A stretch of 64,000 nt of DNA, taken from Myxococcota bacterium. GTDB lineage: Bacteria; Myxococcota_A; UBA9160; UBA4427. The stretch spans positions 77,012-141,011 of the forward strand of contig JASDVF010000050.1 of the NCBI GenBank assembly GCA_041440805.1. The letters run 5' to 3'. How positions within the stretch are numbered: the first letter of the stretch is position 1; each line of letters starts with the position of its first letter. Below the pieces are notes generated by a model. That model had not been told where the DNA came from. It did no database searches and worked only from the letters and a program-made list of their open reading frames with translations. Shown piece after piece: positions 35,241-45,255 of the stretch. A program made the position numbers and the translations under genes.

Positions 35241-36494
35241 TTAGCTAATCGGACCGCTCGGAGTGAACCGGATCGGGAGCGTGGCGAGCCCGGCGACATT
35301 CCCCGCGTGCACAACACTCACGCCTAACTCATCAACTTCGTAGTCCGGAAGTCGCTTGTGAATCTCTTCCATCGCGACCCGCGCTTCCAACCGCGCGAGA
35401 CGAGCCCCCAGACAAAAGTGAACGCCAAAACCGAAGGCTAGGTGCTGGCTCATCACACGATTGATATCGAAGCGGCCCGGATCCTCGAAGCGCCTGGGAT
35501 CATGATTCGCAGCGCCAATCGAAAGTAAGACGCGATCCCCTTCTGGAATCGTCACACCGTGCCGCTCGACGTCACGGGTCGTTGCGCGAACCATATATTG
35601 CGTCGGGCTCCGAAAACGAAGGGACTCTTCGATCGCCCCGGGAATCTTGCTTGGGTCCAAGATGATCTCGGCGCGCTGATCGGGATGCCTCGACAGCTGG
35701 TGAATGGTGTTCGCAATCAGCTTTTCAGTTGTCTCGTTCCCGCCGGAGATCAACAGAAAACAGAAGCCCAAGATCTCGCTGTCCTCGAGTCGTCGCCCGT
35801 CGAGTTCCGCTCCGATGAGTGCTGAGACCAGATCCTCCGCCGGTTGCTTTCGCTTCGCCTTGATAAGGCCTGCGAAGTAGCGGAGAAGATTCCCCGAGGC
35901 TTCGCTCGCGGCAGGCGAAATCGCCGACACGCCGTCTTCGCGGTGCATCATGGTCTCGGTCCAAATTCGAAGCGAACTGTGATCTTCCTGCGGCACGCCT
36001 AGCAAAGTTGAAATCACATCCGAGGGAAGGAGTGCCGCGAACCGCTCGATCAAATCACATTCACCTTCCTCGACCAGTTGGTCAAGGAAGCCAGTCGTGA
36101 GGGCTCGCACTCGCGGCTCAAGCGCCCCCACACGCTTCGGATTGAAAGCACGGACGATGAGCTTGCGGAGTTTCGTTTGCCGCGGCGGATCCATTCCGAT
36201 CATAGACGGCGCGCTCCCGCGCCCAACCTCTTCCAAAGCGATTCCGCGAGTCGAAGTGAAGTTCTCCCAATCTCGGTACCCCTCGAGAACGTCGTCGAAA
36301 CGCGACAAAGTCCAGAAGCCCATCTCTTCATTGTGGTAGCAGGGTGCTTCTTCGCGAAGGCGCGCGTAGGTCGGATAGGGATCCTCATGCATCTCGTAGG
36401 CGAAAGGATTAAACGAGAGCAGCTCAGACATCGATCGAATCTCCGTATATTTCTCGAAGAGAGGGGATCCTCGAGTGTAGTCCTTCGAATCCAA
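35241..36494 (-). CDS. Cytochrome P450
   Basis: Heme loop FGFGVHFCLGARLA and ExxR (EESLRFRS). Confidence 0.9.
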   Translation of the reverse strand: MDSKDYTRGSPLFEKYTEIRSMSELLSFNPFAYEMHEDPYPTYARLREEAPCYHNEEMGFWTLSRFDDVLEGYRDWENFTSTRGIALEEVGRGSAPSMIGMDPPRQTKLRKLIVRAFNPKRVGALEPRVRALTTGFLDQLVEEGECDLIERFAALLPSDVISTLLGVPQEDHSSLRIWTETMMHREDGVSAISPAASEASGNLLRYFAGLIKAKRKQPAEDLVSALIGAELDGRRLEDSEILGFCFLLISGGNETTEKLIANTIHQLSRHPDQRAEIILDPSKIPGAIEESLRFRSPTQYMVRATTRDVERHGVTIPEGDRVLLSIGAANHDPRRFEDPGRFDINRVMSQHLAFGFGVHFCLGARLARLEARVAMEEIHKRLPDYEVDELGVSVVHAGNVAGLATLPIRFTPSGPIS

Positions 36495-36577
36495 TTCGCA
36501 GATGCCACGAGGGTTGCTTCCGTGTCTGTAATCCGCTGGACTCCATTCCTAAATCCTCATAAGGAGCGCGCTCGCCA

Positions 36578-36826
36578 ATGTCCAAACGCACCTACTGGCA
36601 GGACAATTTGCGCCTCGTCGCTTTTTGTTTGGCGATCTGGTTTCTCGTCTCCTTCGGCTTCGGAATCATCGGCCTCGATTGGCTGAACCAAATCCAGATC
36701 GGTGGATTTCAGCTCGGGTTTTTCTTCGCACAACAGGGCTCGATCTACGTCTTTGTCGCGCTGATCTTCTTCTATGCCCGCCGTATGGCCGCACTCGACC
36801 GTAAACACGGCGTGAGCGAAGACTAG
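36578..36826 (+). CDS. DUF4212 small membrane subunit of a sodium:solute symporter
   Basis: 82 aa with two TM helices. YWQDNLRL...GFQLGFFFAQQGSIYVFVALIFFYARRM is typical of DUF4212, and the gene sits directly upstream of an SSS gene. Confidence 0.85.
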   Translation: MSKRTYWQDNLRLVAFCLAIWFLVSFGFGIIGLDWLNQIQIGGFQLGFFFAQQGSIYVFVALIFFYARRMAALDRKHGVSED

Positions 36827-36842
36827 GCGCGGGAGTAAATAC

Positions 36843-38588
36843 GTGGAACTCCAGACGCTCACCTACATCGTCGTCGGCGCCTCCTTCGCCCTCTACATCG
36901 GAATCGCAATCGCCACTCGCGCCAGCAGTACGGGCGAGTTCTATGTCGCCGGCGGAGGCGTTCACCCGATCGCCAACGGCCTAGCTACTGCCGCAGATTG
37001 GATGTCCGCTGCCTCGTTTATCTCGATGGCGGGCTTGATTGCGTTCCTTGGGTACGACGGATCCGTCTATCTGATGGGCTGGACCGGCGGCTACGTGCTG
37101 CTTGCTCTGCTCCTCGCACCCTATCTTCGAAAGTTTGGGAAATTCACGGTCCCCGAGTTTATTGGCGACCGGTATGAGTCGCAGGCCGCCCGCATAGTGG
37201 CGGTGGTCTGCCTAATTCTCATCTCCTTTACCTATGTCGCAGGACAGATGCGCGGCGTAGGCATCGTCTTTTCGAGGTTCCTGAACGTCGACATTACGAC
37301 CGGCCTAATGATCGGCATGGCGGTCGTCTTCGTCTATGCAGTATTAGGCGGCATGAAAGGCATCACTTACACCCAAGTCGCGCAGTACTGCGTTCTTATC
37401 TTCGCTTATACGGTCCCTGCGGTGTTCATCTCTTTCCAGGTCACAGGCGTTCCCATTCCTCAACTCGCCATGGCGAGTACCGTCGAAGGAACGGATGGCA
37501 TTCCCCTCCTAATGCGTCTCGACCAGGTTGTGACTGAACTCGGCTTCTCTCCCTACACCGCCGGCACAAAGAGTCGTATCGACATCTTCTTCATCACGAT
37601 GGCCTTGATGATCGGAACCGCAGGACTCCCGCATGTGATCGTCCGCTTCTTCACCGTTCCGAAAGTCCGCGACGCGCGGATGTCCGCGGGATGGGCGCTG
37701 CTCTTTATTGCGCTGCTCTACACAACTGCCCCCGCGGTCGGCGCGCTCGCAAGACTCAACCTAACGAACACGATTCAACCGGGACCCGTCGGATCCGCCG
37801 AAGGTAATCTCGCCTACGCCGAACGACCGGACTGGTTTCGAACCTGGGAAGACACGGGTCTATTGCAGTTCGAGGACAAGAACGGCGACGGGCGAATCCA
37901 GTACTACAACGATGCCAATTCGGCGTTCACAAAAACTGCCGACGAATACGGATGGGCGGGCAACGAACTCTCCGTCGACCGCGACATCATTGTGCTCGCT
38001 AATCCTGAGATCGCCGGACTCCCGAATTGGGTAATTGCACTCGTGGCTGCCGGCGGCATCGCAGCTGCATTGTCGACCGCAGCGGGACTTCTCCTGGTCA
38101 TCTCCGCCGCCGTCTCTCACGACCTTCTCAAAGGCATCTTCGCCCGCGAAATCAGCGAGAAGAACGAGCTCATGGCGGGTCGCATGAGTGCAGCCTTCGC
38201 CATCCTTTGCGCCGGGTACCTTGGCTACAACCCACCCGGCTTCGTCGCGGAAGTCGTCGCATTGGCCTTCGGACTGGCCGCGGCTTCCCTCTTCCCTGTC
38301 ACGCTGCTCGGAATTTTCTCGCTACGCGTCAACAAATACGGTGCGATCGCCGGCATGCTGACCGGCCTGCTCTTCACCCTCGGCTACATAGTCTGGTTCA
38401 AGGGCATATTCTTCGAAAGCATGGCCGCCAACGTCGCAGACAACTGGCTCTTCGGCATTTCGCCCGAAGGAATCGGAACAGTCGGCGCGGGGCTCAACTT
38501 CGCGGTGGCCCTCGGCGTGAGCGCACTCACGCCGCCGCCCTCACAAGAGGTGCGAGACCTCGTCGAACGCATTCGCGTCCCCAACTAA
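36843..38588 (+). CDS. Sodium:solute symporter family transporter (VC_2705/ActP-like)
   Basis: 581 aa with about 13 TM helices and SSS-family sequence (..YVAGGGVHPIANGLATAADWMSAASFISMAG..). GTG start 16 nt after the DUF4212 stop. Confidence 0.9.
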   Translation: MELQTLTYIVVGASFALYIGIAIATRASSTGEFYVAGGGVHPIANGLATAADWMSAASFISMAGLIAFLGYDGSVYLMGWTGGYVLLALLLAPYLRKFGKFTVPEFIGDRYESQAARIVAVVCLILISFTYVAGQMRGVGIVFSRFLNVDITTGLMIGMAVVFVYAVLGGMKGITYTQVAQYCVLIFAYTVPAVFISFQVTGVPIPQLAMASTVEGTDGIPLLMRLDQVVTELGFSPYTAGTKSRIDIFFITMALMIGTAGLPHVIVRFFTVPKVRDARMSAGWALLFIALLYTTAPAVGALARLNLTNTIQPGPVGSAEGNLAYAERPDWFRTWEDTGLLQFEDKNGDGRIQYYNDANSAFTKTADEYGWAGNELSVDRDIIVLANPEIAGLPNWVIALVAAGGIAAALSTAAGLLLVISAAVSHDLLKGIFAREISEKNELMAGRMSAAFAILCAGYLGYNPPGFVAEVVALAFGLAAASLFPVTLLGIFSLRVNKYGAIAGMLTGLLFTLGYIVWFKGIFFESMAANVADNWLFGISPEGIGTVGAGLNFAVALGVSALTPPPSQEVRDLVERIRVPN

Positions 38589-38685
38589 CGTTCGGATTCC
38601 TACCCGCCGAATTCAGCCGACGCTCGGAGATCCCCCTGCTCTACGCCATTGGCCAGCGAGGCGAGGCCTCCGCCACAAGCCCACG

Positions 38686-39843
38686 TCATTGCGACACGGG
38701 CAGGGTCAAAATCGGCCCACCGGCCGGAAGCTCCCCGGCTTGGAGAGCCAGCACCAGGTTTAACATCGAAAACGTCGATTTTGAATCGAGGTCGCCATCG
38801 TCGATCGAAAACTCGTGGCCGCGGTACACCACCTTCGCGTAGGCCGGAAATTCAAGCTCGTCCGAGGTCACGCGGAGAAGCGACCCTGTGACCGCACTCC
38901 AATCGAAGACGCCGCCATCCTTGGCGATCGTCGTGGTCACGCGGCCCGCCGCAAGGTCTTCCGCGGGAACCGAGATCCCGTGCGACGCGTAAAACATGGC
39001 GGACAACACCGAGCGCAAAACGACATTGATCCGCCCCGGAGCTCGCGCTCCGATTCCTGTTACGAGCTGGAAGAGCAGTCGGCCTTGCTCCAGTCCCAGT
39101 CGCTCGCGCAGCTCGCGGTATGCCTCGGTTTCGAGAGCATCCTGTGTGAAGCGCAACAGAACTCCGTCGGCGGACTGGACGACCGTCGTCGCGGATCGCC
39201 CACGTAGAGAGCCGCGCACAAGCGAAACCTGACGCTCCGATTGCAGGGTCCGAAAGAGCTCGGCCACGCGTTGAAAATCTTCGAATACAGGTTGTTCGCG
39301 CGGCGTCGGCCCCGAAGCGGTCGGCGCGTTCGGCACGCCTCCCATCTCCTGCACAAAGAGACGAAGAAAGCGGTCCATCGACCAGCCTGCGTGAGAAAGC
39401 AGAACCAGAATTTCAGGCTCGACGGGTTCGAGGAGCTGACTCACAAAGCGATCCCCCACGAGCGGCGTATACGCGACCGTCGGCGACTCTTCGATACTGA
39501 GGCTCGCACTCACGCCTCCAAAATCCGCTCCTCGCGTGAGGAACCTGCCTTCGCCGCCGATGCCGGCGCGCCGCCGCATGTTGGTCGAGAGCGAAGCGAT
39601 CTGAAGGAAGTAGGGCGTATCGCGATACCGAAGGCGAACCAAGTTCAGCAGGAGCTCCTGTGCACTCGTCTCCTGCGCCGCCACGTTGTAGTGCGTGCGC
39701 GTCAAAGAAACCGTGGAGGGTCCTAGTCGGCCCCAGCAGCCGAGGGTGATGCTCAACAGGAAAACGAGCGTGGCCGCAGCGAGACCGCGTGACGGCGAAC
39801 CGCTTCGAGCTGTCCGCGCGCGGAGTGGGTTCAGCAACTGCAT
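38686..39843 (-). CDS. Hypothetical lipoprotein
   Basis: Lipobox FLLSITLGC after ATG 39843. No family recognised. Confidence 0.55.
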   Translation of the reverse strand: MQLLNPLRARTARSGSPSRGLAAATLVFLLSITLGCWGRLGPSTVSLTRTHYNVAAQETSAQELLLNLVRLRYRDTPYFLQIASLSTNMRRRAGIGGEGRFLTRGADFGGVSASLSIEESPTVAYTPLVGDRFVSQLLEPVEPEILVLLSHAGWSMDRFLRLFVQEMGGVPNAPTASGPTPREQPVFEDFQRVAELFRTLQSERQVSLVRGSLRGRSATTVVQSADGVLLRFTQDALETEAYRELRERLGLEQGRLLFQLVTGIGARAPGRINVVLRSVLSAMFYASHGISVPAEDLAAGRVTTTIAKDGGVFDWSAVTGSLLRVTSDELEFPAYAKVVYRGHEFSIDDGDLDSKSTFSMLNLVLALQAGELPAGGPILTLPVSQ

Positions 39844-40028
39844 GCGTAAAACGATCCCCTCAGAATCTGGATCGCAACCATAACCCATCACCAAGACCGC
39901 CCCACCTCGCGCGCCGCGCCTCATCAGAATCCGCAAAATCCAGGCCAAGCGGGAAGCTTTCGATTGCGTCATGCTCGGATAGATCAAAGCAAAGAGCGCC
40001 CTAGAAAGGGACTCGTTAGGAGTGATCG

Positions 40029-40835
40029 ATGACTCGACTATCGGGAAATGTTGCCATCGTCACGGGTGCATCCCGCGGCACCGGCGAAGCGATTGCGCGG
40101 CGACTCGTCGAAGACGGATCCTCTGTGATCCTAGTGGATATCCTCGATGAACTCGGCGAGGCCGTTGCGAAGGATCTCGGCGAGCGCGCCCGTTATGTCC
40201 GCTGCGACATCACGAGCGAAGTCGATTGGATAAGCGCGATCGACATAGCGCGGTCCATCTTCGGTCCGCTTACGACCCTCGTAAACAACGCAGCCATCCT
40301 TCATATCGCCCCAATCGAGCACACCTCCGCCGAGGACTATCTGCGCGTCTCGCGTGTGAACGAACTAGGCACCTTTCTCGGCATTCGGTCCGCGATCGCA
40401 CCACTTCGAGAAGCGGGCGGCGGGTCCATCATCAATATCGCTTCCATCGACGCACATCATGCCGCGGGCGGAACCTCGGCCTACTGCGCCAGTAAATTCG
40501 CGGTCCGAGGACTCACGAAGGTGGCCGCTCTCGAACTTGGCCGGTACGGCATTCGCGTCAACTGTGTGAATCCCGCAGCCGGGAGCAACGAGATGGTCGA
40601 ACCGCTCTTGCCCGGGATCGACATCGCCGCGATGCGCGCCGCACAAGACAAGCACGATCCCCCGCCCATCGGTCGTCGTGGCCGGGTGGAAGATGTCGCC
40701 GCGACAATTTCATTTCTCGCGTCGGACGACAGCGCCTTCTACACCGGTGCCGACTTCAATTTGGATGGTGGAATCACCGCCGGTATGAAGATCAAAGGGC
40801 CCATTCCCGGCGACCCGACCGTCGGATCCAACTAA
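40029..40835 (+). CDS. SDR family oxidoreductase (hydroxysteroid-dehydrogenase-like)
   Basis: TGASRGTGEAIA, NNAA and YCASKFAV motifs. Confidence 0.9.
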   Translation: MTRLSGNVAIVTGASRGTGEAIARRLVEDGSSVILVDILDELGEAVAKDLGERARYVRCDITSEVDWISAIDIARSIFGPLTTLVNNAAILHIAPIEHTSAEDYLRVSRVNELGTFLGIRSAIAPLREAGGGSIINIASIDAHHAAGGTSAYCASKFAVRGLTKVAALELGRYGIRVNCVNPAAGSNEMVEPLLPGIDIAAMRAAQDKHDPPPIGRRGRVEDVAATISFLASDDSAFYTGADFNLDGGITAGMKIKGPIPGDPTVGSN

Positions 40836-40848
40836 ACAAGGAGTCCCC

Positions 40849-41190
40849 ATGCCTCGAGCCATAATGTTAGTCGTCGCGAACGCGACGGATGAAGCACGCG
40901 TCGACGAATTCAACGCTTGGTACGCGCAGCACGTTCAGGAGCTCCTTTCCCTCGAAGGCATCGTGTCTGCCTCTCGCTGGCATGCTTCGCCCCACACTCT
41001 GATTCCCGGACTCGATTCGATCGATGGACGCCGATTCCTCGCCATCTATCAAATTGAATGCGATGACCTCGAAGCCATGCGAGATCGCATCAACCAGACC
41101 TCTGGCGAGCGGACCCATAGCGACACCCTTGAGCTTTCCCCTCTCCCGATCACACTCCTTTTTGAACACATCGGAGAATGGACCGCATGA
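40849..41190 (+). CDS. Small hypothetical protein (ferredoxin-like/EthD-like?)
   Basis: 113 aa. The N-terminal AIMLVVANATDEARVDEFNAWYAQHV resembles the N-terminus of 20584-21375. Confidence 0.5.
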   Translation: MPRAIMLVVANATDEARVDEFNAWYAQHVQELLSLEGIVSASRWHASPHTLIPGLDSIDGRRFLAIYQIECDDLEAMRDRINQTSGERTHSDTLELSPLPITLLFEHIGEWTA

Positions 41191-42845
41191 TATCCAGCAA
41201 GCCCACCAGCCACGAATCCAATTCCATGCTCACCGCCTATTCAAGAACGTCTCATGGCCCCTCGTCGCGACACTTCATCCTCGCCGCTCTGGCCCTCTGC
41301 GCGCTTGTTACGCTGGCTTGCCATGCGGGCACGTTCGGCGGAGCGACTAACGAAGACGAAGGGGATCCCGGTCGAGACGCATGGGTCCTTCCCGATGAAA
41401 TGGGCGGCATCTACAAGGCGCAATGCGGGGTCTGCCACGGCGCAAATCAGGAAGGCTCCTCGCTCGGTCCGGCGCTCGTCGGCCGCCCGCTCGAACATGG
41501 AGAAGGCGTCGATGATCTCATCAGCACCCTTGAACGAGGAGTCCCCGATAAGGGGATGCCAGGCTGGAAAGGCATCCTCCCAGATCACGAAATCCGGGGC
41601 CTCGTCATCTATCTCCTCGAAAAACGCGAAGGCGACCGTGGCGCCGACGGGCAAGGCGTCGGCGATCCCCCGACGATTCCCACCGAGCCGATTGAGACCA
41701 AGCATCACGCGTTCTTGATCGAGCCGGTCTACACAGGCCTCGTCGAACCCTATTCGATCGCACCCCTTCCCGACGGGCGATTCCTCGTTACAGAAAAGAT
41801 GCGCGGCGTATCTTTGATCGAAGCAGATGGGAGCGCGGCCACACTCATCACGGGAACGCCTCGATTCTGGGATGACAGCGTGCTGCGCGGCACGGCCTAT
41901 ACGGGATCGGGGTGGGCGCACGAAGTCGCCTTACATCCGAACTACGAAGAGAACGGCTGGATCTATCTCTCCTTCGGCGACCGATGCAGCGACTGCAACT
42001 CCGAGAGTCGCGCAACGAGCTCTCCAGTCACCATGTTGAAGCTCGTGCGGGGCCGACTCGATGAGGGGACCACGTGGGTCGACGAGGAATTAATTTGGGA
42101 AGCGCCTAAGGAAACCTACTTAGTCGGAGCCGAAAATGGCGCCTCCGCGCGCATCGCTTTCGACGACGCGGGATACGTCTACATGACCATCGGCTCCTTT
42201 GCCGAGTACCGCTTTGTTCAAGACCTAAGTCGGCCCGATGGCAAGACGATTCGCATGCACGATGACGGACGCGTTCCGGCGGACAACCCATTCGTCGATG
42301 TCGAAAATGCACTGCCGGGGATTTGGACTCTCGGACATCGCAACGCTCAGGGCCTCGACTTCGATCCCTCAAGCGGCCAGCTCTGGGCGAGCGAACACGG
42401 GCCACGCGGCGGCGACGAGGCAAATCTCCTGCTGCCCGGGCGGAACTACGGATGGCCACTCGTGAGTCTTGGTGTCGACTACGATGGTCGTCCCGTTCCA
42501 TATGCGAAGAAATACGGCATCGAGTTCGATCCCGAGGAGCTCACTCCGACAGCCATCGATTGGACCCCTTCCCCGGGCGTCTCGAGTATCGTCTTCTATC
42601 GCGGCGACGCCTTCCCCGCTTGGCGCGATCACATGATCGTCGCAACCCTCGCCAAGAATGAGTTGTGGCGATACGTCGTCGATGCCACGGGAGAACTCGA
42701 ACGTGAGACTCTGATCAAGGCCCTCGGCCGGTTCCGTGACGTAGAGGTCGGTTCGAATGGGGAACTGATCGTGCTCCTCGAGCATCGTTCAGGAAGTCAG
42801 ATTCTTCGCCTCATTCCCGCGAGCGACGAATCGCCTACGCTTTGA
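41178..42845 (+). CDS. PQQ-dependent sugar dehydrogenase with N-terminal cytochrome c domain
   Basis: Heme-c motif CGVCHG and GSDH-type propeller (HRNAQGLDFDPSSGQLWASEHGPRGGDEANLLLPGRNYGWP). The start could instead be ATG 41226, giving a VTLAC lipobox. Confidence 0.8.
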   Translation: MDRMISSKPTSHESNSMLTAYSRTSHGPSSRHFILAALALCALVTLACHAGTFGGATNEDEGDPGRDAWVLPDEMGGIYKAQCGVCHGANQEGSSLGPALVGRPLEHGEGVDDLISTLERGVPDKGMPGWKGILPDHEIRGLVIYLLEKREGDRGADGQGVGDPPTIPTEPIETKHHAFLIEPVYTGLVEPYSIAPLPDGRFLVTEKMRGVSLIEADGSAATLITGTPRFWDDSVLRGTAYTGSGWAHEVALHPNYEENGWIYLSFGDRCSDCNSESRATSSPVTMLKLVRGRLDEGTTWVDEELIWEAPKETYLVGAENGASARIAFDDAGYVYMTIGSFAEYRFVQDLSRPDGKTIRMHDDGRVPADNPFVDVENALPGIWTLGHRNAQGLDFDPSSGQLWASEHGPRGGDEANLLLPGRNYGWPLVSLGVDYDGRPVPYAKKYGIEFDPEELTPTAIDWTPSPGVSSIVFYRGDAFPAWRDHMIVATLAKNELWRYVVDATGELERETLIKALGRFRDVEVGSNGELIVLLEHRSGSQILRLIPASDESPTL

Positions 42846-42967
42846 TCCCCCTCACCCATCTATCCCCGAGCATGCTGTGCTGAATCGTTGATTTCGTTGA
42901 ACCGTTCCATCACGAACGAACATGAGATCCGCTGTCCCCTGCCTTAGTCAAACCCGAGGTACCTTGA

Positions 42968-43396
42968 ATGTCCCTGCGAATGATCATTCTCCTGATCGCC
43001 ATTTCTTTCCCAGCCTTCGCCTCCATCGCTACCGCTGATGATCTTCGCATAGCGAACGGTCGCATCAGCATGCCTATCGGCGGAGAAGACCCGACGGTCT
43101 TTTTCGTCATTCAAAGCAAAAGCAAAGAGACAAGGACGATCGTCGGCGCGAGCAGCCCCCGTTCTGAATCCGTTGCGATCCGGCGGACAGCGATCGTCGA
43201 GGGCCAATGGGGTTCAGAGGCCATGCCCGACGGCATGGCGATCCCGCCTGGTGGCGCCGTCGCCTTTGCACCTCGCGGTCTCTTCCTTCGAATGATGTCC
43301 GCGGAGAAACTCGCCGCAGGCGACGTCGTTCCGATCACCCTTCAGTTCGCGAACGGCGAGAGCGTTTCCTTCGACGCTGTGGCCACAGACGAGTAG
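42968..43396 (+). CDS. PCu(A)C-like (DUF461) periplasmic protein, divergent
   Basis: Signal peptide present. Collinear with PCuAC (..FFVIQSKS..IVGASSP.SESV.....IVEG...M..DGMAIPPGGAVAF.P.G..L.MM....L..GD.VPITL.F.NGESV), but the canonical His ligand positions are not His. Confidence 0.65.
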   Translation: MSLRMIILLIAISFPAFASIATADDLRIANGRISMPIGGEDPTVFFVIQSKSKETRTIVGASSPRSESVAIRRTAIVEGQWGSEAMPDGMAIPPGGAVAFAPRGLFLRMMSAEKLAAGDVVPITLQFANGESVSFDAVATDE

Positions 43397-43442
43397 TCCG
43401 CGCCTGCCCCGCTCCCTTCAAAAAAGGAAATGGGCGCCAAGA

Positions 43443-44588
43443 CTAACGACCACCTTCGAGACTCACGCTCTTCACCAACACGAAGACACGTCGCCCCGGC
43501 GCGAGGCCGAGTTCTTCCACCGCAGCCAACGTCAGCCGCGCACGGACATGGGCGGACCTGAGCTGCACTCGGGCTTCGACTTCACCACTTCCGGGGGTGC
43601 GGATTAAGTCTGTGATTTCGCCCGGCAATATATTTCGAATACTGAGCCCTGAGGGCCGCTCCGTCGCCAGTGCCACGTCACGCGCGCGCACACGCAGGCG
43701 CAACGTATCTCCGATCGACGAACCTTCGGCCAATGGAATCGTGAGCGCATCGCCGTCGAGATCAACGGTCGTGAGATGAAGCCGCGTGTCGTGGCGCAAA
43801 ACTCTTCCTTCGACGAGCACCCCAGCCTCAAAGCGACCCGCTATCGGTTCAAGGTCAAGACGTTCGAGAATCTCCGCCGTCCCGCCGTACATCTGAACCT
43901 GCCCTTCGGAAAGCACCATCATTCTATCCGCGAGGCGGGCCACTTCATCAAGGTCGTGGCTCACGAAGAGCGTCGGAATCATAAAGCGCCGGGTCACGTC
44001 TTCTAGATAGGGAAGAATCTCCGCCTTCCTCTCGCGATCCAACGCCGCAAGAGGCTCGTCTAGCAGCAGGAGGTCCGGGCTCGTAAGCAGCGTTCGCGCC
44101 AGCGCGACCCTCTGCTGCTCGCCACCTGATAGCGAAGTAACGTTTCGGCCTAACATCATGCCTAGGTCGAGCGCCTCGATGACTTCATCACGCGCGATGC
44201 CCTGCTGCATTCCCGCCTTCGCCGCCCGCGTATTTCGCCGCTTCCACGCAAAGTCTAGATTTCCGCGTACGTCGAGGTGCGGAAAGAGTCGAACGTCCTG
44301 AAAGAGCATTCCAATCGAACGTCGATTCGGGGGCTCAAAGATCCCGGCCTCCGCGTCGAACCAAACCTGGTTGCCTAAGGCGATGCGGCCTCGAACGGGC
44401 TTCTCGAATCCAGCAATCGCGCGCAGGAGAGTCGTCTTCCCACTCCCACTTCTTCCGAAAACTGCGGTGACACCGCTCGGCGTCAGACTTTCGTCGAGCT
44501 CAAGGGTAAATTCGGCCAGTACGACGCGTAGACACAGCGCAAACGCCTCGCCATCCTCTCTCTCTTCGATGCGATCGCTATCCGACAC
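43443..44588 (-). CDS. modC: Molybdate ABC transporter ATP-binding protein
   Basis: Walker A GRSGSGKTT, signature LSGGEQQRV, Walker B LLLLDEP, and a C-terminal TOBE/Mop-like domain. GTG 44588 overlaps the modB stop (GTGTCGGATAG). Confidence 0.85.
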   Translation of the reverse strand: MSDSDRIEEREDGEAFALCLRVVLAEFTLELDESLTPSGVTAVFGRSGSGKTTLLRAIAGFEKPVRGRIALGNQVWFDAEAGIFEPPNRRSIGMLFQDVRLFPHLDVRGNLDFAWKRRNTRAAKAGMQQGIARDEVIEALDLGMMLGRNVTSLSGGEQQRVALARTLLTSPDLLLLDEPLAALDRERKAEILPYLEDVTRRFMIPTLFVSHDLDEVARLADRMMVLSEGQVQMYGGTAEILERLDLEPIAGRFEAGVLVEGRVLRHDTRLHLTTVDLDGDALTIPLAEGSSIGDTLRLRVRARDVALATERPSGLSIRNILPGEITDLIRTPGSGEVEARVQLRSAHVRARLTLAAVEELGLAPGRRVFVLVKSVSLEGGR

Positions 44589-45255
44589 GTACGCGCGCCT
44601 TTCGATCGAAGGTGTATACGAGCAGTAGAACGATGAAAGAAAAGGCGAGCAGCCCAGCAGACAAAGCGTGCGCCTCCGCATATTGAAGCGTTTCGACATG
44701 GTCGTAGATCGCGATGGAAAGCACGCGGGTTTCGCCCGGGATATTCCCACCAACCATCAGCACCACGCCGAATTCGCCGAGGGTGTGGGCGAAGGTCAGA
44801 ACGCCGGCCGTAATAAAGCCACGCGCAGAGAGCGGCGCCACGACCCGAAAGAACGCGTCGACCGGCGAGGCCCCCAAACTTGCTGCCGCTTCGATCGGTC
44901 CTCTACCGACGGCCTCGAACGCACTCGTGAGCGGCTGCACCATGAACGGCAGCGAGTAGAGAATCGACGCAAAAACCAGACCCGTAAATGAGAAGGTCAG
45001 CGTCTCGCCGGAGACTTTTACCCAAAAGGCGCCCAGGGGAGAGCGGGGACTCATCACTAACAAGAGATAGAAACCCAAGACGGTCGGAGGGAGTACTAGG
45101 GGCAAGGCCGTCACGGCTTCCACAAAAGGCCTGAGCCTTGACTTCGTACTCGTCAGCCACCACGCGAGCGGCGTTCCGACGACGAACAAAATCACCGTCG
45201 TCAGGCTCGCGAGTTTGATCGTCAGCCAGATCGGGGAAGCATCAGCCATCGTCAT
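44578..45255 (-). CDS. modB: Molybdate ABC transporter permease
   Basis: 225 aa MetI-type permease with EAA-like loop EAAASLGASPVDAFFRVVAP. Overlaps the modA stop by 4 nt. Confidence 0.9.
   Translation of the reverse strand: MTMADASPIWLTIKLASLTTVILFVVGTPLAWWLTSTKSRLRPFVEAVTALPLVLPPTVLGFYLLLVMSPRSPLGAFWVKVSGETLTFSFTGLVFASILYSLPFMVQPLTSAFEAVGRGPIEAAASLGASPVDAFFRVVAPLSARGFITAGVLTFAHTLGEFGVVLMVGGNIPGETRVLSIAIYDHVETLQYAEAHALSAGLLAFSFIVLLLVYTFDRKARVRVG

Noticed and set aside
38027-38842. 271-aa plus-strand ORF
   Set aside because: It is an out-of-frame overlap with the 3' part of the SSS transporter gene and is extremely Arg-rich.
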